Shown here: positions 36,362 to 44,859 of the stretch, in pieces
Position numbering within the stretch: the stretch's first letter is position 1
How the letters are laid out: the number at the start of each line of letters is the position of its first letter
Source: Gammaproteobacteria bacterium
GTDB taxonomy: Bacteria; Pseudomonadota; Gammaproteobacteria; DRLM01
DNA: 44,928 nucleotides
Reading direction: 5' to 3'
NCBI GenBank assembly: GCA_919903055.1
Contig: CAKKSB010000081.1
Location: 4,303-49,230 of the forward strand
Notes under the pieces: generated by a model
Database searches by the model: none
Told to the model about the DNA's origin: nothing
Seen by the model: only the letters and a program-made list of their open reading frames with translations
Translations under genes and position numbers: made by a program

Positions 36362-36638
36362 ATATCGCGATATCCTGCGCTGACGGCCTGGCCCGTGGTA
36401 CTGTGTATGCACAGTCGGCTGAGGGTGCTGCCTTGGAACTCCAGCTGGATAAAGGGAACGGTATGCTGGTTTGCCTGACTAAGATGAGGTACAGCCAAAT
36501 TCTCACCGCTGCCGGCGTTGTACCGCCCGGCGGCGCGGAATGCTGAAAAAATCCGGGCGGTGGACCGATAAAGTTGATGGGCCAGGTAGGAAAAGTGATA
36601 ATGCCGGCCATTGCGGTTTTAAATGTGGGAGAAATCTT

Positions 36639-36992
36639 ATGAGCGTACAGGCTCTCGAAGTACAGGCACCCTTGGTCTTCACCGAGGCCGCCGCCCGCAA
36701 GGTGCAGGCCTTGATTGAAGAAGAGGGCAATAGTGCGCTGAAGCTGCGGGTGTTCATTTCCGGCGGCGGCTGTTCCGGTTTCCAGTACGGCTTCACCTTC
36801 GACGAAGTCATCAATGACGGCGACACCGCCGTCGAGCAGTGCGGCGTCACCCTGTTGATCGACCCCATGAGCTTCCAATACCTGGTGGGCGCCGAGATCG
36901 ACTACACCGAGGGCTTGCAGGGCGAACAGTTCGTCATCCGCAACCCCAACGCGCAGACCACCTGCGGTTGCGGTTCGTCCTTTTCGGTGTGA
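36639..36992 (+). CDS. erpA: iron-sulfur cluster insertion protein ErpA (A-type carrier)
   Basis: 117 aa. [21 protein letters not shown] and C-terminal [12 protein letters not shown] 36639 is preferred over the ORF-track start at 36540. Confidence 0.9.
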   Translation: MSVQALEVQAPLVFTEAAARKVQALIEEEGNSALKLRVFISGGGCSGFQYGFTFDEVINDGDTAVEQCGVTLLIDPMSFQYLVGAEIDYTEGLQGEQFVIRNPNAQTTCGCGSSFSV

Positions 36993-37029
36993 GATTGCCA
37001 GCCTGATTTGACCGGCCGGTCGATCAGCG

Positions 37030-37071
37030 AGGGGCGGGCTTCCGTGGGAGGTCCGCCCCTTCGTGATTTTT
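37030..37071 (+). terminator. rho-independent terminator after erpA
   Basis: AGGGGCGG (37030-37037) and CCGCCCCT (37053-37060), extendable with G-U pairs, followed by TCGTGATTTTTGTT. Confidence 0.6.
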
Positions 37072-37113
37072 GTTATTCTAAAAACCGCGTGTCCATTTTC
37101 GATTGGTAGTGTA

Positions 37114-38274
37114 ATGAACGAGTACGTGCCCGGGCTGGAAGGCGTGCCAGCCACCAAATCCAATATTTCCTTCATCGACGGTGAAAAGGGCGTACTCGCT
37201 TATCGCGGTTATCCCATCGAACAATTGGCGGAACACAGTACTTTCGAAGAAACCGCGCTGCTATTGCTGGACGGGCAGCTGCCGGTCGCGGCGGAGCTGG
37301 CGGCCTTCGATGCGGAGCTGCGCAATAACCGCCGGGTGAAATACAACATCGCCGCCATCATGAAGAGCCTGCCGGCCACCGGCCACCCCATGGAGATGTT
37401 GCAGACCGCGGTGGCGAGTCTCGGCATGTTTTATCCCGGTTCCGAACGCTTGACCGGTCCCAATGCCTGGCAGGACCTCGATTACATCCACGGCATGTCG
37501 GTGAAGATCATCGCCCGTATGGCGACCCTAGTGGCGATGTGGGAGCACATTCGCAACGGTTACGACCCCATCGCGCCGCGCACCGACCTCACCTACGCGC
37601 AAAACTTTTTGTACATGATGAACGGCCGCGAACCGGACCCGCTGATCGCCAAGATGTTCGACACCTGTCTGGTGCTGCACGCCGAGCACACCATCAATGC
37701 CTCGACCTTCGCCGCGCTGGTGGCGGGTTCGACGCTGGCCACGCCCAGCGCGGTGGTGGCCTCCGCCGTCGGCACCTTGTTCGGGCCCTTGCACGGCGGC
37801 GCCAACGAGCGGGTGGTGGAAATGCTGGAAGAGATCGGTTCTCCCGAAAAGGTGAAACTCTGGCTGGACGCCAAGCTGGCGGCTAAGGAGAAGATCTGGG
37901 GCATGGGTCATCGCGAGTACAAAGTGAAAGACCCGCGCGCGGTGATTTTGCAGCGGCTGGTGGAGAAACTGGCGGAGCACCGCGGCGGCAAGATGAGTCG
38001 CTTGTTCGATACCGCGCTGGCCTTGGAAGAGGCGGCGTCGGCGCGGCTGGCGGAGAAGGGGGTGTACCCCAACGTCGATTACTACTCCGGTATTTTGTAC
38101 GCGGAGATGGGTTTCCCCACTGATCAATTCACCTCGATCTTCGCCGTGGCGCGCGCCGCTGGCTGGCTGGCCCACTGGCGCGAACAGTTGCGCTATAACC
38201 GTATCTTCCGGCCGACCCAGATGTATACCGGCGAGGGTCTGCGGCATTACCAGCCGATCACGGATAGGCAGTAG
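37114..38274 (+). CDS. citrate synthase family protein (short, about 386 aa; citrate or 2-methylcitrate synthase)
   Basis: GLEGVPATKSNISFIDGEKGVLAYRGY, HAEHTINASTF, GPLHGGANE, GMGHREYKVKDPR and VDYYSG catalytic-site motifs. No prp genes are nearby. Confidence 0.88.
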   Translation: MNEYVPGLEGVPATKSNISFIDGEKGVLAYRGYPIEQLAEHSTFEETALLLLDGQLPVAAELAAFDAELRNNRRVKYNIAAIMKSLPATGHPMEMLQTAVASLGMFYPGSERLTGPNAWQDLDYIHGMSVKIIARMATLVAMWEHIRNGYDPIAPRTDLTYAQNFLYMMNGREPDPLIAKMFDTCLVLHAEHTINASTFAALVAGSTLATPSAVVASAVGTLFGPLHGGANERVVEMLEEIGSPEKVKLWLDAKLAAKEKIWGMGHREYKVKDPRAVILQRLVEKLAEHRGGKMSRLFDTALALEEAASARLAEKGVYPNVDYYSGILYAEMGFPTDQFTSIFAVARAAGWLAHWREQLRYNRIFRPTQMYTGEGLRHYQPITDRQ

Positions 38275-38335
38275 CAAGGCTCAAATTACAAGCAGCAAGA
38301 ATTTTCCAGTTGCATCATCCCCGGCAAGTTATAGT

Positions 38336-38377
38336 CTTGCTACTTGCTACTTGCTACTTGCTACTTGCTACTTGCTA
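38336..38377. repeat. perfect 7-bp tandem repeat (CTTGCTA) x6 between convergent citrate synthase and anmK
   Basis: Six uninterrupted CTTGCTA units at 38336-38377. The anmK stop codon (TAG, 38375-38377 on the minus strand) is the last unit. GCAGTAGCAAG (38268-38278, spanning the citrate synthase stop) is the exact reverse complement of 38371-38381. Confidence 0.9.
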
Positions 38378-39490
38378 CTGCTTGGAATATATCCCCCCCA
38401 ACACCACCGCGCGCCGCGCGCCGGTCACGCTGGGAATATTGCCCGGTAAGCCGAGCAGGGTTTGCCGCGCCAGCCAGGCGAAGGCCAGGCCTTCCACCCA
38501 TTCGGGCGGTATGCTGAAGGCGATCGTCGATTCCACCGGGCGCGGCGCCAGCAGGCTGGCGAGCCGGGTCATCAAGGTTTTGTTGTAGGCACCGCCGCCA
38601 CAGATTAGTACGCGTTGGGTGACTGGGGCGTGTTCATTGATCGCCTCGGTGAGGGTGACGGCGGTGAGTTCGCAGAGGGTGGCCTGTACATCCGCCGGTG
38701 CGATACTTGAAGCCAGGCGCGAAAGAGCAGTGTTCAACCACGCAGGATGGAAGTATTCTCGCCCCGTGCTTTTCGGTGGCTGGCGGCTGAAATAGGCATC
38801 GTCCAACAGCATTTCCAACAAAGCGGCATGTGCTTGCCCGGTGGCGGCCCAGCAGCCGTCCTCGTCCAGATCTTCACCGCGATGAGTTTTGATCCAGTAA
38901 TCCATCAAGGCGTTGCCGGGACCGGTATCAAACCCGCGCACCGCTTGGTCTTCCGCGCGCGGTAGCACGGTGATGTTGGCGATGCCGCCGATGTTCGCGA
39001 CGACGCGGTCTTCATGGGCAGCGCGGAACACCGCCTGGTGAAAGGCGGGCACCAGCGGCGCGCCTTGGCCGCCGGCGGCGATGTCGCGGCGACGGAAGTC
39101 GGCGACGGTAGTGATGCCGGTGAGTTCGGCGATGAGATTCGGATCGCCGATTTGTACGCTGGTAGGGGTGTCGCCGTCGGGACAGTGATAAATGGTTTGA
39201 CCGTGGCTGCCGATGGCGCGGATGTCGCGTGCCGCCATGCCGCTCTCGCGCAGCAAGGCCTGCACCGTTTCGGCGAACAGGCGGCCCATGCGCGCATCCA
39301 ATTCGCCGATCCGCGCCACGGTCGTGTTCTCGCCATGGTTCACCGCCAGCAATCGCGCGCGCAGTTCGGTGGGGATGGACTGGCCGTGGTGGGCACGCAG
39401 GGTGGGTACGCCGCTGCTGAACTCGACGAGCACGGCATCGACGGCGTCCATGCTGGTGCCGGACATCAGGCCGATGTAGTGTCCGTTCAT
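38375..39490 (-). CDS. anmK: anhydro-N-acetylmuramic acid kinase
   Basis: 371 aa. N-terminal YIGLMSGTSMDAVDAVL, NIGGIANIT, FDTGPGNALMD and CGGGAYN motifs of AnmK. Confidence 0.9.
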   Translation of the reverse strand: MNGHYIGLMSGTSMDAVDAVLVEFSSGVPTLRAHHGQSIPTELRARLLAVNHGENTTVARIGELDARMGRLFAETVQALLRESGMAARDIRAIGSHGQTIYHCPDGDTPTSVQIGDPNLIAELTGITTVADFRRRDIAAGGQGAPLVPAFHQAVFRAAHEDRVVANIGGIANITVLPRAEDQAVRGFDTGPGNALMDYWIKTHRGEDLDEDGCWAATGQAHAALLEMLLDDAYFSRQPPKSTGREYFHPAWLNTALSRLASSIAPADVQATLCELTAVTLTEAINEHAPVTQRVLICGGGAYNKTLMTRLASLLAPRPVESTIAFSIPPEWVEGLAFAWLARQTLLGLPGNIPSVTGARRAVVLGGIYSKQ

Positions 39491-39539
39491 CGCGGGGATC
39501 CTTAGTGCGGAGACTATTTAGTCTAATTAGTCTAACGGC

Positions 39540-39569
39540 GCCGGCCGTCGCGTGGCAGCGCGGCGGCCG
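39540..39569 (-). other. 12-bp GC-rich hairpin between the M23 peptidase stop and the anmK start
   Basis: CCGGCCGTCGCG (39540-39551) pairs with CGCGGCGGCCGG (39558-39569), including one G-U pair, with a 6-nt loop. There is no U-tract, so it may be an attenuator or RNA-stability element rather than a terminator. Confidence 0.35.
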
Positions 39570-39578
39570 GTGGAGAGA

Positions 39579-40925
39579 TCAGCGATCGTTGGCGGCGACC
39601 ACGCCGTTTTTGTTCGACTCGAGCTGGGCCAAGGTGGCCCGGCTTTTGGTAAGAAAGTCTTGTTTGTATTTAGCCGCGATGGGCGCCGCATCGGGGAATT
39701 GCACCTTGAGCGGATTGCGATGTAAGCCGTCGACGCGGAATTCATAATGCAAATGGGGGCCGGTGGCGAGGCCGGTCATGCCCACGTAGCCGATGGTCTG
39801 GCCTTGGCGGACCGTGCTGCCGTTGCGGATACCCTTACCGAAGCGCGACATATGGCCGTAAAGAGTGCTATAGCGGCGGCCGTGTTGCAGCTCGACGACT
39901 TTGCCGTAGCCGCCTTTGATGCCGACGAAGCTGACCCGGCCGTCACCGGTGGCCTTGATGGGCGTGCCGGTGGGCGAGGCGTAGTCCACGCCTTTGTGGG
40001 CGCGGATGCGGTTGAGCACCGGGTGAAAGCGGCCCATGCTGAAGCCGGAGCTGATGCGGGAGAAATCCACCGGCGTGCGCAAAAAGGCCTTGCGCATGCT
40101 GTCGCCGTCGGGGGTGTAGTAATTGGTCAAGCCGGACGGGTCGGTGTAGCGCACGGCCTTGAAGGTTTCGCCGCGGTTGATGAATTCGGCGGCGAGGATG
40201 TCGCCGTGGCGCAGGCGCTCGCCGTCGACGTAGAGGTCGTCGTAGACCACGCTGAAGCGGTCGCCGTCGCGGATGTCCAGGGCGAAGTCGATGTCCCAGC
40301 CGAAGATGCCCGCCAGTTGCATGGTGAGGCTGTCGGACATGCCGGCGTCTTGGGCGGCCTCGAACAGCGAACTGCTGATTACCCCGGCGGAATGCACCAC
40401 GCGCCGTTCGATGGGGCGTTCGATCAGGCTGGTCTGATAGCCGTCGTTGCCGCTCCATACCCGCAGCGAGCGGGTGGGATCGATGTCGTACATCAGCTCC
40501 ATCAATTGGGATTGTTCGGCCAGCTTGAATTTGATGATCTCGCCGGGGTGCAGCCGTTTGAGGGTCGCGGTTTCGTCGCCGAGGGACAGGATGGTATGCA
40601 GTAATTGCGGATTCAAGTCCAGCCGCGAAAAGATGTCCGAGAGGGTGTCGCCGCTTTTCACTTTAATGGTGTGCCAGCGTTCTTCCTCGACCGGCGCCTC
40701 TAGGCTGGCGAGCGGCGCCTGCGTATCGGATTCGGGCGCGGGAAGGGCGAGGTCTTGGTCCGTACCCCAAAAGCCGGAGGACTGTCCCGCTGTATTGGCG
40801 CGGGTGGCGACGGCATCGCTGGAACGGACACTTAAAAAAAGGCCGGCCATGACCAGCAATATTCCGAGCAGCAACCAGTGCGTGTGGGTAATGGAGGAGG
40901 TTTGCGTTATTCTGGCTTGTGTCAT
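39579..40925 (-). CDS. mepM: M23 family murein endopeptidase with OapA/LysM-like N-terminal domain (MepM/YebA-like)
   Basis: TM anchor, LysM/OapA-like WHTIKVKSGDTLSDIFSRL, and M23 motifs HKGVDYASPTGTPIKATGDGRV and GLATGPHLHYEF. Start is ATG 40925 (MTQARI) or 40967. Confidence 0.8.
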   Translation of the reverse strand: MTQARITQTSSITHTHWLLLGILLVMAGLFLSVRSSDAVATRANTAGQSSGFWGTDQDLALPAPESDTQAPLASLEAPVEEERWHTIKVKSGDTLSDIFSRLDLNPQLLHTILSLGDETATLKRLHPGEIIKFKLAEQSQLMELMYDIDPTRSLRVWSGNDGYQTSLIERPIERRVVHSAGVISSSLFEAAQDAGMSDSLTMQLAGIFGWDIDFALDIRDGDRFSVVYDDLYVDGERLRHGDILAAEFINRGETFKAVRYTDPSGLTNYYTPDGDSMRKAFLRTPVDFSRISSGFSMGRFHPVLNRIRAHKGVDYASPTGTPIKATGDGRVSFVGIKGGYGKVVELQHGRRYSTLYGHMSRFGKGIRNGSTVRQGQTIGYVGMTGLATGPHLHYEFRVDGLHRNPLKVQFPDAAPIAAKYKQDFLTKSRATLAQLESNKNGVVAANDR

Positions 40926-41127
40926 GGTGATCCGTCCCAACAAAAAACTCGACTCAGGGCTTTGCACCCTCTAGCCCTGCTAAGGTAGCCCGGGGTGCGT
41001 ATTACGTCAATGTTGAAATGCCTCGGCATGGCCATGGTTGAGACGCATGATAAGACGAACTCGCCCCCCGGGATTGAGATGCGGTTGGCAAATCCTGGCC
41101 GCAACCAACCGCTGCCACGGTGGCCAG

Positions 41128-42078
41128 TCATGTGCCGCGCCTCACGCAGTTGCGGCCATCGGCCTTGGCCTGGTAAAGCGCTTGATCGGCGGCTTTGATG
41201 AGATCTTCGTAACGGCTCATGGTCGGCTGCCATTCGGCGATGCCGACGCTGGCGGTAACCCGAATGTCGATTTCATTGTGGTGAACCGGGATATCGGCCA
41301 GGCGCCGGCATAATCGTTCGGCGACGATGTAGGCGCCTTCGATGTCGGTAGCCGGTAACACCGCGACGAATTCCTCGCCGCCGTAACGTCCCAGGGCATC
41401 AATTTGACGCAGACTTTCATTTAAGAAGGTGGACGTGATACGCAGCACGTCATCGCCGGCGAGGTGGCCGTAGGTGTCGTTGATCTCCTTGAAACGATCG
41501 AGGTCGATGAAGGCCAGCGATAGCGTACCGCCATAACGCTGGACGCGCTGGCATTCCTTCATGATGACTTCTTCTATGCAACGGCGGTTGTAAATGCCGG
41601 TGAGGCCGTCGCGGTTGCTGGCTTCCGCCAGGGATGTCATGGCCTCTTTCATCATTTTTTGGTAAACGGCGGTGTCGGTCACGTCGATGAGGGTGACGCA
41701 GACCTGTTGCACCTCGCCCGCCGGATCTTTGAGCGGAATGAACGTGCAGTCTTGATACATGTACTCGACGCCGCCGGTGACCGGACGGTGGTGGCGGAAT
41801 TTGAACAGGTAGGGTCGCTGTTCCCAACTGGTGAACGCGAAATTTTTCAGGATGAAAACGCTGTTGATTTTGTGATAAAGAATCTTGTGGGGCAGTTCGT
41901 CAAAAAACTGAAAGAGATTTTTACACAGGACGCTGGCGGACGCCACGCCGCTGTGACTTTCCATGAAGCGGTTCCACAAGGTGCATTCCATATTGCGGTT
42001 GACCGCGAAGATGCCGATGTTGATCCGGTCGATCAGGAAATCCAGCAATGACGTGACGGCGGGTGGCAGGGCGTCCAT
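41128..42078 (-). CDS. PAS-domain diguanylate cyclase (GGDEF)
   Basis: 316 aa. N-terminal PAS-like region, then RDGLTGIYNRR, FIDLDRFKEINDTYGH and the active site GGEEF. Confidence 0.88.
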   Translation of the reverse strand: MDALPPAVTSLLDFLIDRINIGIFAVNRNMECTLWNRFMESHSGVASASVLCKNLFQFFDELPHKILYHKINSVFILKNFAFTSWEQRPYLFKFRHHRPVTGGVEYMYQDCTFIPLKDPAGEVQQVCVTLIDVTDTAVYQKMMKEAMTSLAEASNRDGLTGIYNRRCIEEVIMKECQRVQRYGGTLSLAFIDLDRFKEINDTYGHLAGDDVLRITSTFLNESLRQIDALGRYGGEEFVAVLPATDIEGAYIVAERLCRRLADIPVHHNEIDIRVTASVGIAEWQPTMSRYEDLIKAADQALYQAKADGRNCVRRGT

Positions 42079-42083
42079 GCAAA

Positions 42084-42701
42084 TTAAATCGCCTCGATAA
42101 AGTAATTCAGCGAGTCGGCGAGGGCGGTGATGGCGTCTTCAGCCAGCATGATGATGAGGTGGCTTTTGAATTTGTGTTGTTCGAGACTGAAATTGACTTC
42201 GACCTGCAACGCGTAGGCCCACGGCAGGGTGTCCGGGCTTAACAGTTGGCTGGAAACCACGTTGGAGGCCATGAGCGAGGGCGCGGAAAAACTTAAATCA
42301 GCGCCCAGTTGTTCGGCGATGCCGTTGAGGCAGGCACCCACCAGAATATTACTGATGTCGAACAGCAGCTCTTTTTCCGTTTCGGTATCCAGGGTCTGAT
42401 GACCCATCAAGGTGGCCAGATCACGGCAACCTTCCGAGGAAAACAAGGTGAGCGCTTCGCCGCAGAGCTTGTTGTAAAAAGACTGCCGCACCGCGGTGAT
42501 TTGTTGGGTGTCACCGACGATTTCGGCGATGCATTGGGATGCTTGCGCCGAGTTGATGAGACGGATGCGGGGAACCGACAGCCGCACGAACGAATTGAGG
42601 ACGCGGGCGAGCGAATCACCCGCTTGGCCCATGGCGATGTTGACGATTTCCTGCAGAGCATCGATTTGCTCTATGGACAGGTTGGCGTTATTCATCGTCA
42701 T
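42084..42701 (-). CDS. CheC-like (CheC/CheX/FliY family) protein
   Basis: 205 aa with two copies of the D/E-x3-E-x2-N-type motif context (DALQEIVNIAMGQAGDSLA and ELLFDISNILVGACLNGIAE). Confidence 0.65.
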   Translation of the reverse strand: MTMNNANLSIEQIDALQEIVNIAMGQAGDSLARVLNSFVRLSVPRIRLINSAQASQCIAEIVGDTQQITAVRQSFYNKLCGEALTLFSSEGCRDLATLMGHQTLDTETEKELLFDISNILVGACLNGIAEQLGADLSFSAPSLMASNVVSSQLLSPDTLPWAYALQVEVNFSLEQHKFKSHLIIMLAEDAITALADSLNYFIEAI

Positions 42702-43063
42702 AGCAGCCCGTGCTCCTTGAGCACATGCAATACTTCATCTGCTTTAACCGGTTTTTTTAAGAACGCCATCGCGCCCAACTCCTTGACGCGTTCTTGCGCC
42801 TTGGGCTGCACATCGGCGGAAATCACGATGACAAAGGCATTGAATCCCTCGCGTTTGAGGGCTTCGAGCACCTCGAAGCCATCCATGACGGGCATGGTCA
42901 AATCGAGGAAAATGACATGCGCTTTGCCTTCCCGGTACAGCGCAAGGGCTTCTTGGCCGTTGCTGGCTTGATGAATTTCCACATTCCAATCCGCCGGCAG
43001 GGATTTAATGACCAATTTGCGCGACATGCCGGAATCGTCTACAACGAGAACGGGAGTTGCCAT
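42698..43063 (-). CDS. single-domain response regulator (CheY-like receiver)
   Basis: 121 aa. VLVVDDS, phospho-acceptor context [11 protein letters not shown], and the conserved late Lys (FLKKP). Start and stop overlap the CheC-like gene. Confidence 0.88.
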   Translation of the reverse strand: MATPVLVVDDSGMSRKLVIKSLPADWNVEIHQASNGQEALALYREGKAHVIFLDLTMPVMDGFEVLEALKREGFNAFVIVISADVQPKAQERVKELGAMAFLKKPVKADEVLHVLKEHGLL

Positions 43064-43218
43064 CCTATCTAGCCCTCCAAGCGAGCCGAGTTTCCTTATA
43101 CCTGGAACATAACGGCGCCGGGTTTTTAAACATTAATGAGCCGGCAGGGTTGGAGCGCGAACGCGGTCGTCGGCTTGTGATAAGCTTCTGCACCCTCGTA
43201 ACTGCTTGGGAGTATTGG

Positions 43219-44418
43219 ATGAAATCGATGGCCGAGGCCTTGGAGATTGTCGGCAAGGGAGTAGAGGAAATCCTGGTTCCCGCCGAATTCGCCGAAAAAT
43301 TGAAGTTACCACGCCCGCTACGGGTAAAAGCGGGATTCGACCCCACGGCGCCCGATCTCCACCTTGGGCATGCGGTACTGCTCAATAAAATGAGGCAGTT
43401 TCAGGATCTTGGGCATGAAGTGGTGTTTTTGATCGGCGATTTTACCGGCATGATCGGCGATCCGAGCGGCAAGAGCGTCACCCGCCGGCCGTTGACCCGC
43501 GATGAAGTGATCGAGAATGCCCGTACTTATGAGGCTCAAATTTATAAGATTCTCAATCCCGAAAAGACGACGGTGATGTTCAACTCCAGTTGGATGGGTG
43601 AAATGAAATCCGCGGACCTTATTCAATTGGCCGCCAAGCAGACCGTGGCGCGCATGCTGGAGCGGGACGACTTTCACAAGCGTTACCACGGGGGGCAGCC
43701 TATCGCCATCCATGAGTTTCTTTATCCGCTGATTCAAGGCTACGACTCGGTGGCTCTGCGGGCCGACGTCGAATTGGGCGGTACCGATCAAAAATTCAAT
43801 ATGCTGGTGGGGCGTGAATTGCAGAAGCAATACGGCCAACCGCCGCAAGTGGTGATGACCATGCCCATCCTGGAAGGGTTGGATGGGGTGCAAAAGATGT
43901 CCAAATCCTTGGGCAACTATATAGGCGTTAATGAGCAGTCCGAGGAAATGTTCGGCAAGTTGATGTCCATCTCGGATGGATTGATGTGGCGGTATTTCGA
44001 GCTGTTGAGCTTCGAGACGCCCGCTACCTTGGCGAATTGGCGCCGTGAAATCGCGGAAGGCGCCAATCCACGCGACGTGAAATTTCGTCTCGCCCTGGAA
44101 TTGGTCGGTCGGTTTCATGGTGAGGGAGCGGCGCAAAAAGCGCATGAGGCTTTCATTGCCCGCTTTCAGCGCGGCGCCATGCCCGATGAAATGGAGGAAA
44201 TCACTTTGATCGCGCCGGGTGACGGCTATCCGATCGCCAATTTGCTTAAGGATGCCGGTTTGGTGTCGAGTACATCCGAAGCCTTACGCATGATCGGTCA
44301 GGGCGCAGTGCGCATGGACGGCGAGCGAGTCGATGACCGCGGACTGCAACTCGCCAGAAATACCCAAGTAATAGTGCAAGTCGGCAAGCGCCGATTCGCT
44401 CGCGTGACAATAATGTGA
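43219..44418 (+). CDS. tyrS: tyrosine--tRNA ligase (type 2, TyrZ-like, with C-terminal S4 domain)
   Basis: HLGH ([10 protein letters not shown]) and KMSKS motifs, GGTDQKFN, and a C-terminal S4-like [25 protein letters not shown] 43219 is preferred over the ORF-track start at 43057. Confidence 0.92.
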   Translation: MKSMAEALEIVGKGVEEILVPAEFAEKLKLPRPLRVKAGFDPTAPDLHLGHAVLLNKMRQFQDLGHEVVFLIGDFTGMIGDPSGKSVTRRPLTRDEVIENARTYEAQIYKILNPEKTTVMFNSSWMGEMKSADLIQLAAKQTVARMLERDDFHKRYHGGQPIAIHEFLYPLIQGYDSVALRADVELGGTDQKFNMLVGRELQKQYGQPPQVVMTMPILEGLDGVQKMSKSLGNYIGVNEQSEEMFGKLMSISDGLMWRYFELLSFETPATLANWRREIAEGANPRDVKFRLALELVGRFHGEGAAQKAHEAFIARFQRGAMPDEMEEITLIAPGDGYPIANLLKDAGLVSSTSEALRMIGQGAVRMDGERVDDRGLQLARNTQVIVQVGKRRFARVTIM

Positions 44419-44439
44419 ACTATTTGTTTAATTTAAGTG

Positions 44440-44467
44440 TTGACGGTCGGTTTTCGCTGCGTATAAT
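44440..44467 (+). promoter_or_regulatory. rRNA operon promoter 1 (sigma70 type)
   Basis: TTGACG (44440-44445), 16 nt, TATAAT (44462-44467), followed by a GC-rich discriminator (GCGCACC). Confidence 0.75.
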
Positions 44468-44550
44468 GCGCACCTCACTCAGGTGAGACGGCGCAGGCGG
44501 AAACGCCGAAGAGAACTAAAAAGCTCTTTGCCGAAGTAAAAATTAAGATG

Positions 44551-44578
44551 TTGACGACTCTATTCTGTCGCGTATAAT
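44551..44578 (+). promoter_or_regulatory. rRNA operon promoter 2 (sigma70 type)
   Basis: TTGACG (44551-44556), 16 nt, TATAAT (44573-44578), followed by GCGCGCC. Lies in a tandem duplicate of about 111 bp of the promoter-1 unit. Confidence 0.75.
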
Positions 44579-44659
44579 GCGCGCCTCACTCAGGTGAGAC
44601 GGCAAAGCGGAAACGCGAGAAGAACCAAAAAGTTCTTCGCCGAAGTAGAAAAGAAGATG

Positions 44660-44687
44660 TTGACGAAAGATTAAACGGCGGTATAAT
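44660..44687 (+). promoter_or_regulatory. rRNA operon promoter 3 (sigma70 type)
   Basis: TTGACG (44660-44665), 16 nt, TATAAT (44682-44687), followed by GGCCGCC. Confidence 0.7.
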
Positions 44688-44697
44688 GGCCGCCCTC

Positions 44698-44730
44698 GGT
44701 TGAGGCAAGACTTCAACCTGCTCTTTAAAA
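44698..44730 (+). promoter_or_regulatory. rRNA leader antitermination signals: boxB-like hairpin plus boxA
   Basis: GGTTGA (44698-44703) pairs with TCAACC (44713-44718). This is immediately followed by TGCTCTTTAAAA (44719-44730), which matches the boxA consensus TGCTCTTTAACA. Confidence 0.7.
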
Positions 44731-44859
44731 ACTTGAGAACTAAACAATTTGTGTGGGTGCTTGCGGGGTTGAAAGCTCGCAACAAAACCCGCGACAAAGG
44801 CTTCGCAAGAGGTCGAGTCGCAAACAGGATTGGTTGCCCATAAAGCAACCGCAGCAATT

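Noticed and set aside
40942-40979. Hairpin CAGGGCT...AGCCCTG plus a U6 tract (minus strand) as an intrinsic terminator between the GGDEF operon and the M23 peptidase gene
   Set aside because: The stem is only 7 bp, with an 11-nt loop and a 7-nt gap before the U-tract. It also overlaps the alternative longer N-terminus of the peptidase ORF. Too weak to call.
43064-43218. Sigma-54 promoter or T-box leader upstream of tyrS (CTGGAACATAACGGCGCC)
   Set aside because: TGGAAC lacks the properly spaced TTGC -12 element. No T-box specifier or antiterminator structure is recognisable, and T-boxes are not expected in this lineage.
44437-44700. Possible CRISPR-like array suggested by regularly spaced repeats
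   Set aside because: The repeated units are promoter-containing duplications of about 110 bp (TTGACG/TATAAT) with conserved, not variable, intervening sequence. No cas genes are present and the spacing is not CRISPR-like. The heptamer array at 38336-38377 is likewise a microsatellite, not a CRISPR.
44543-44857. 104-aa minus-strand ORF just upstream of the 16S gene
   Set aside because: It lies entirely within the rRNA promoter/leader region (tandem promoters, boxA). No coding signal is present.
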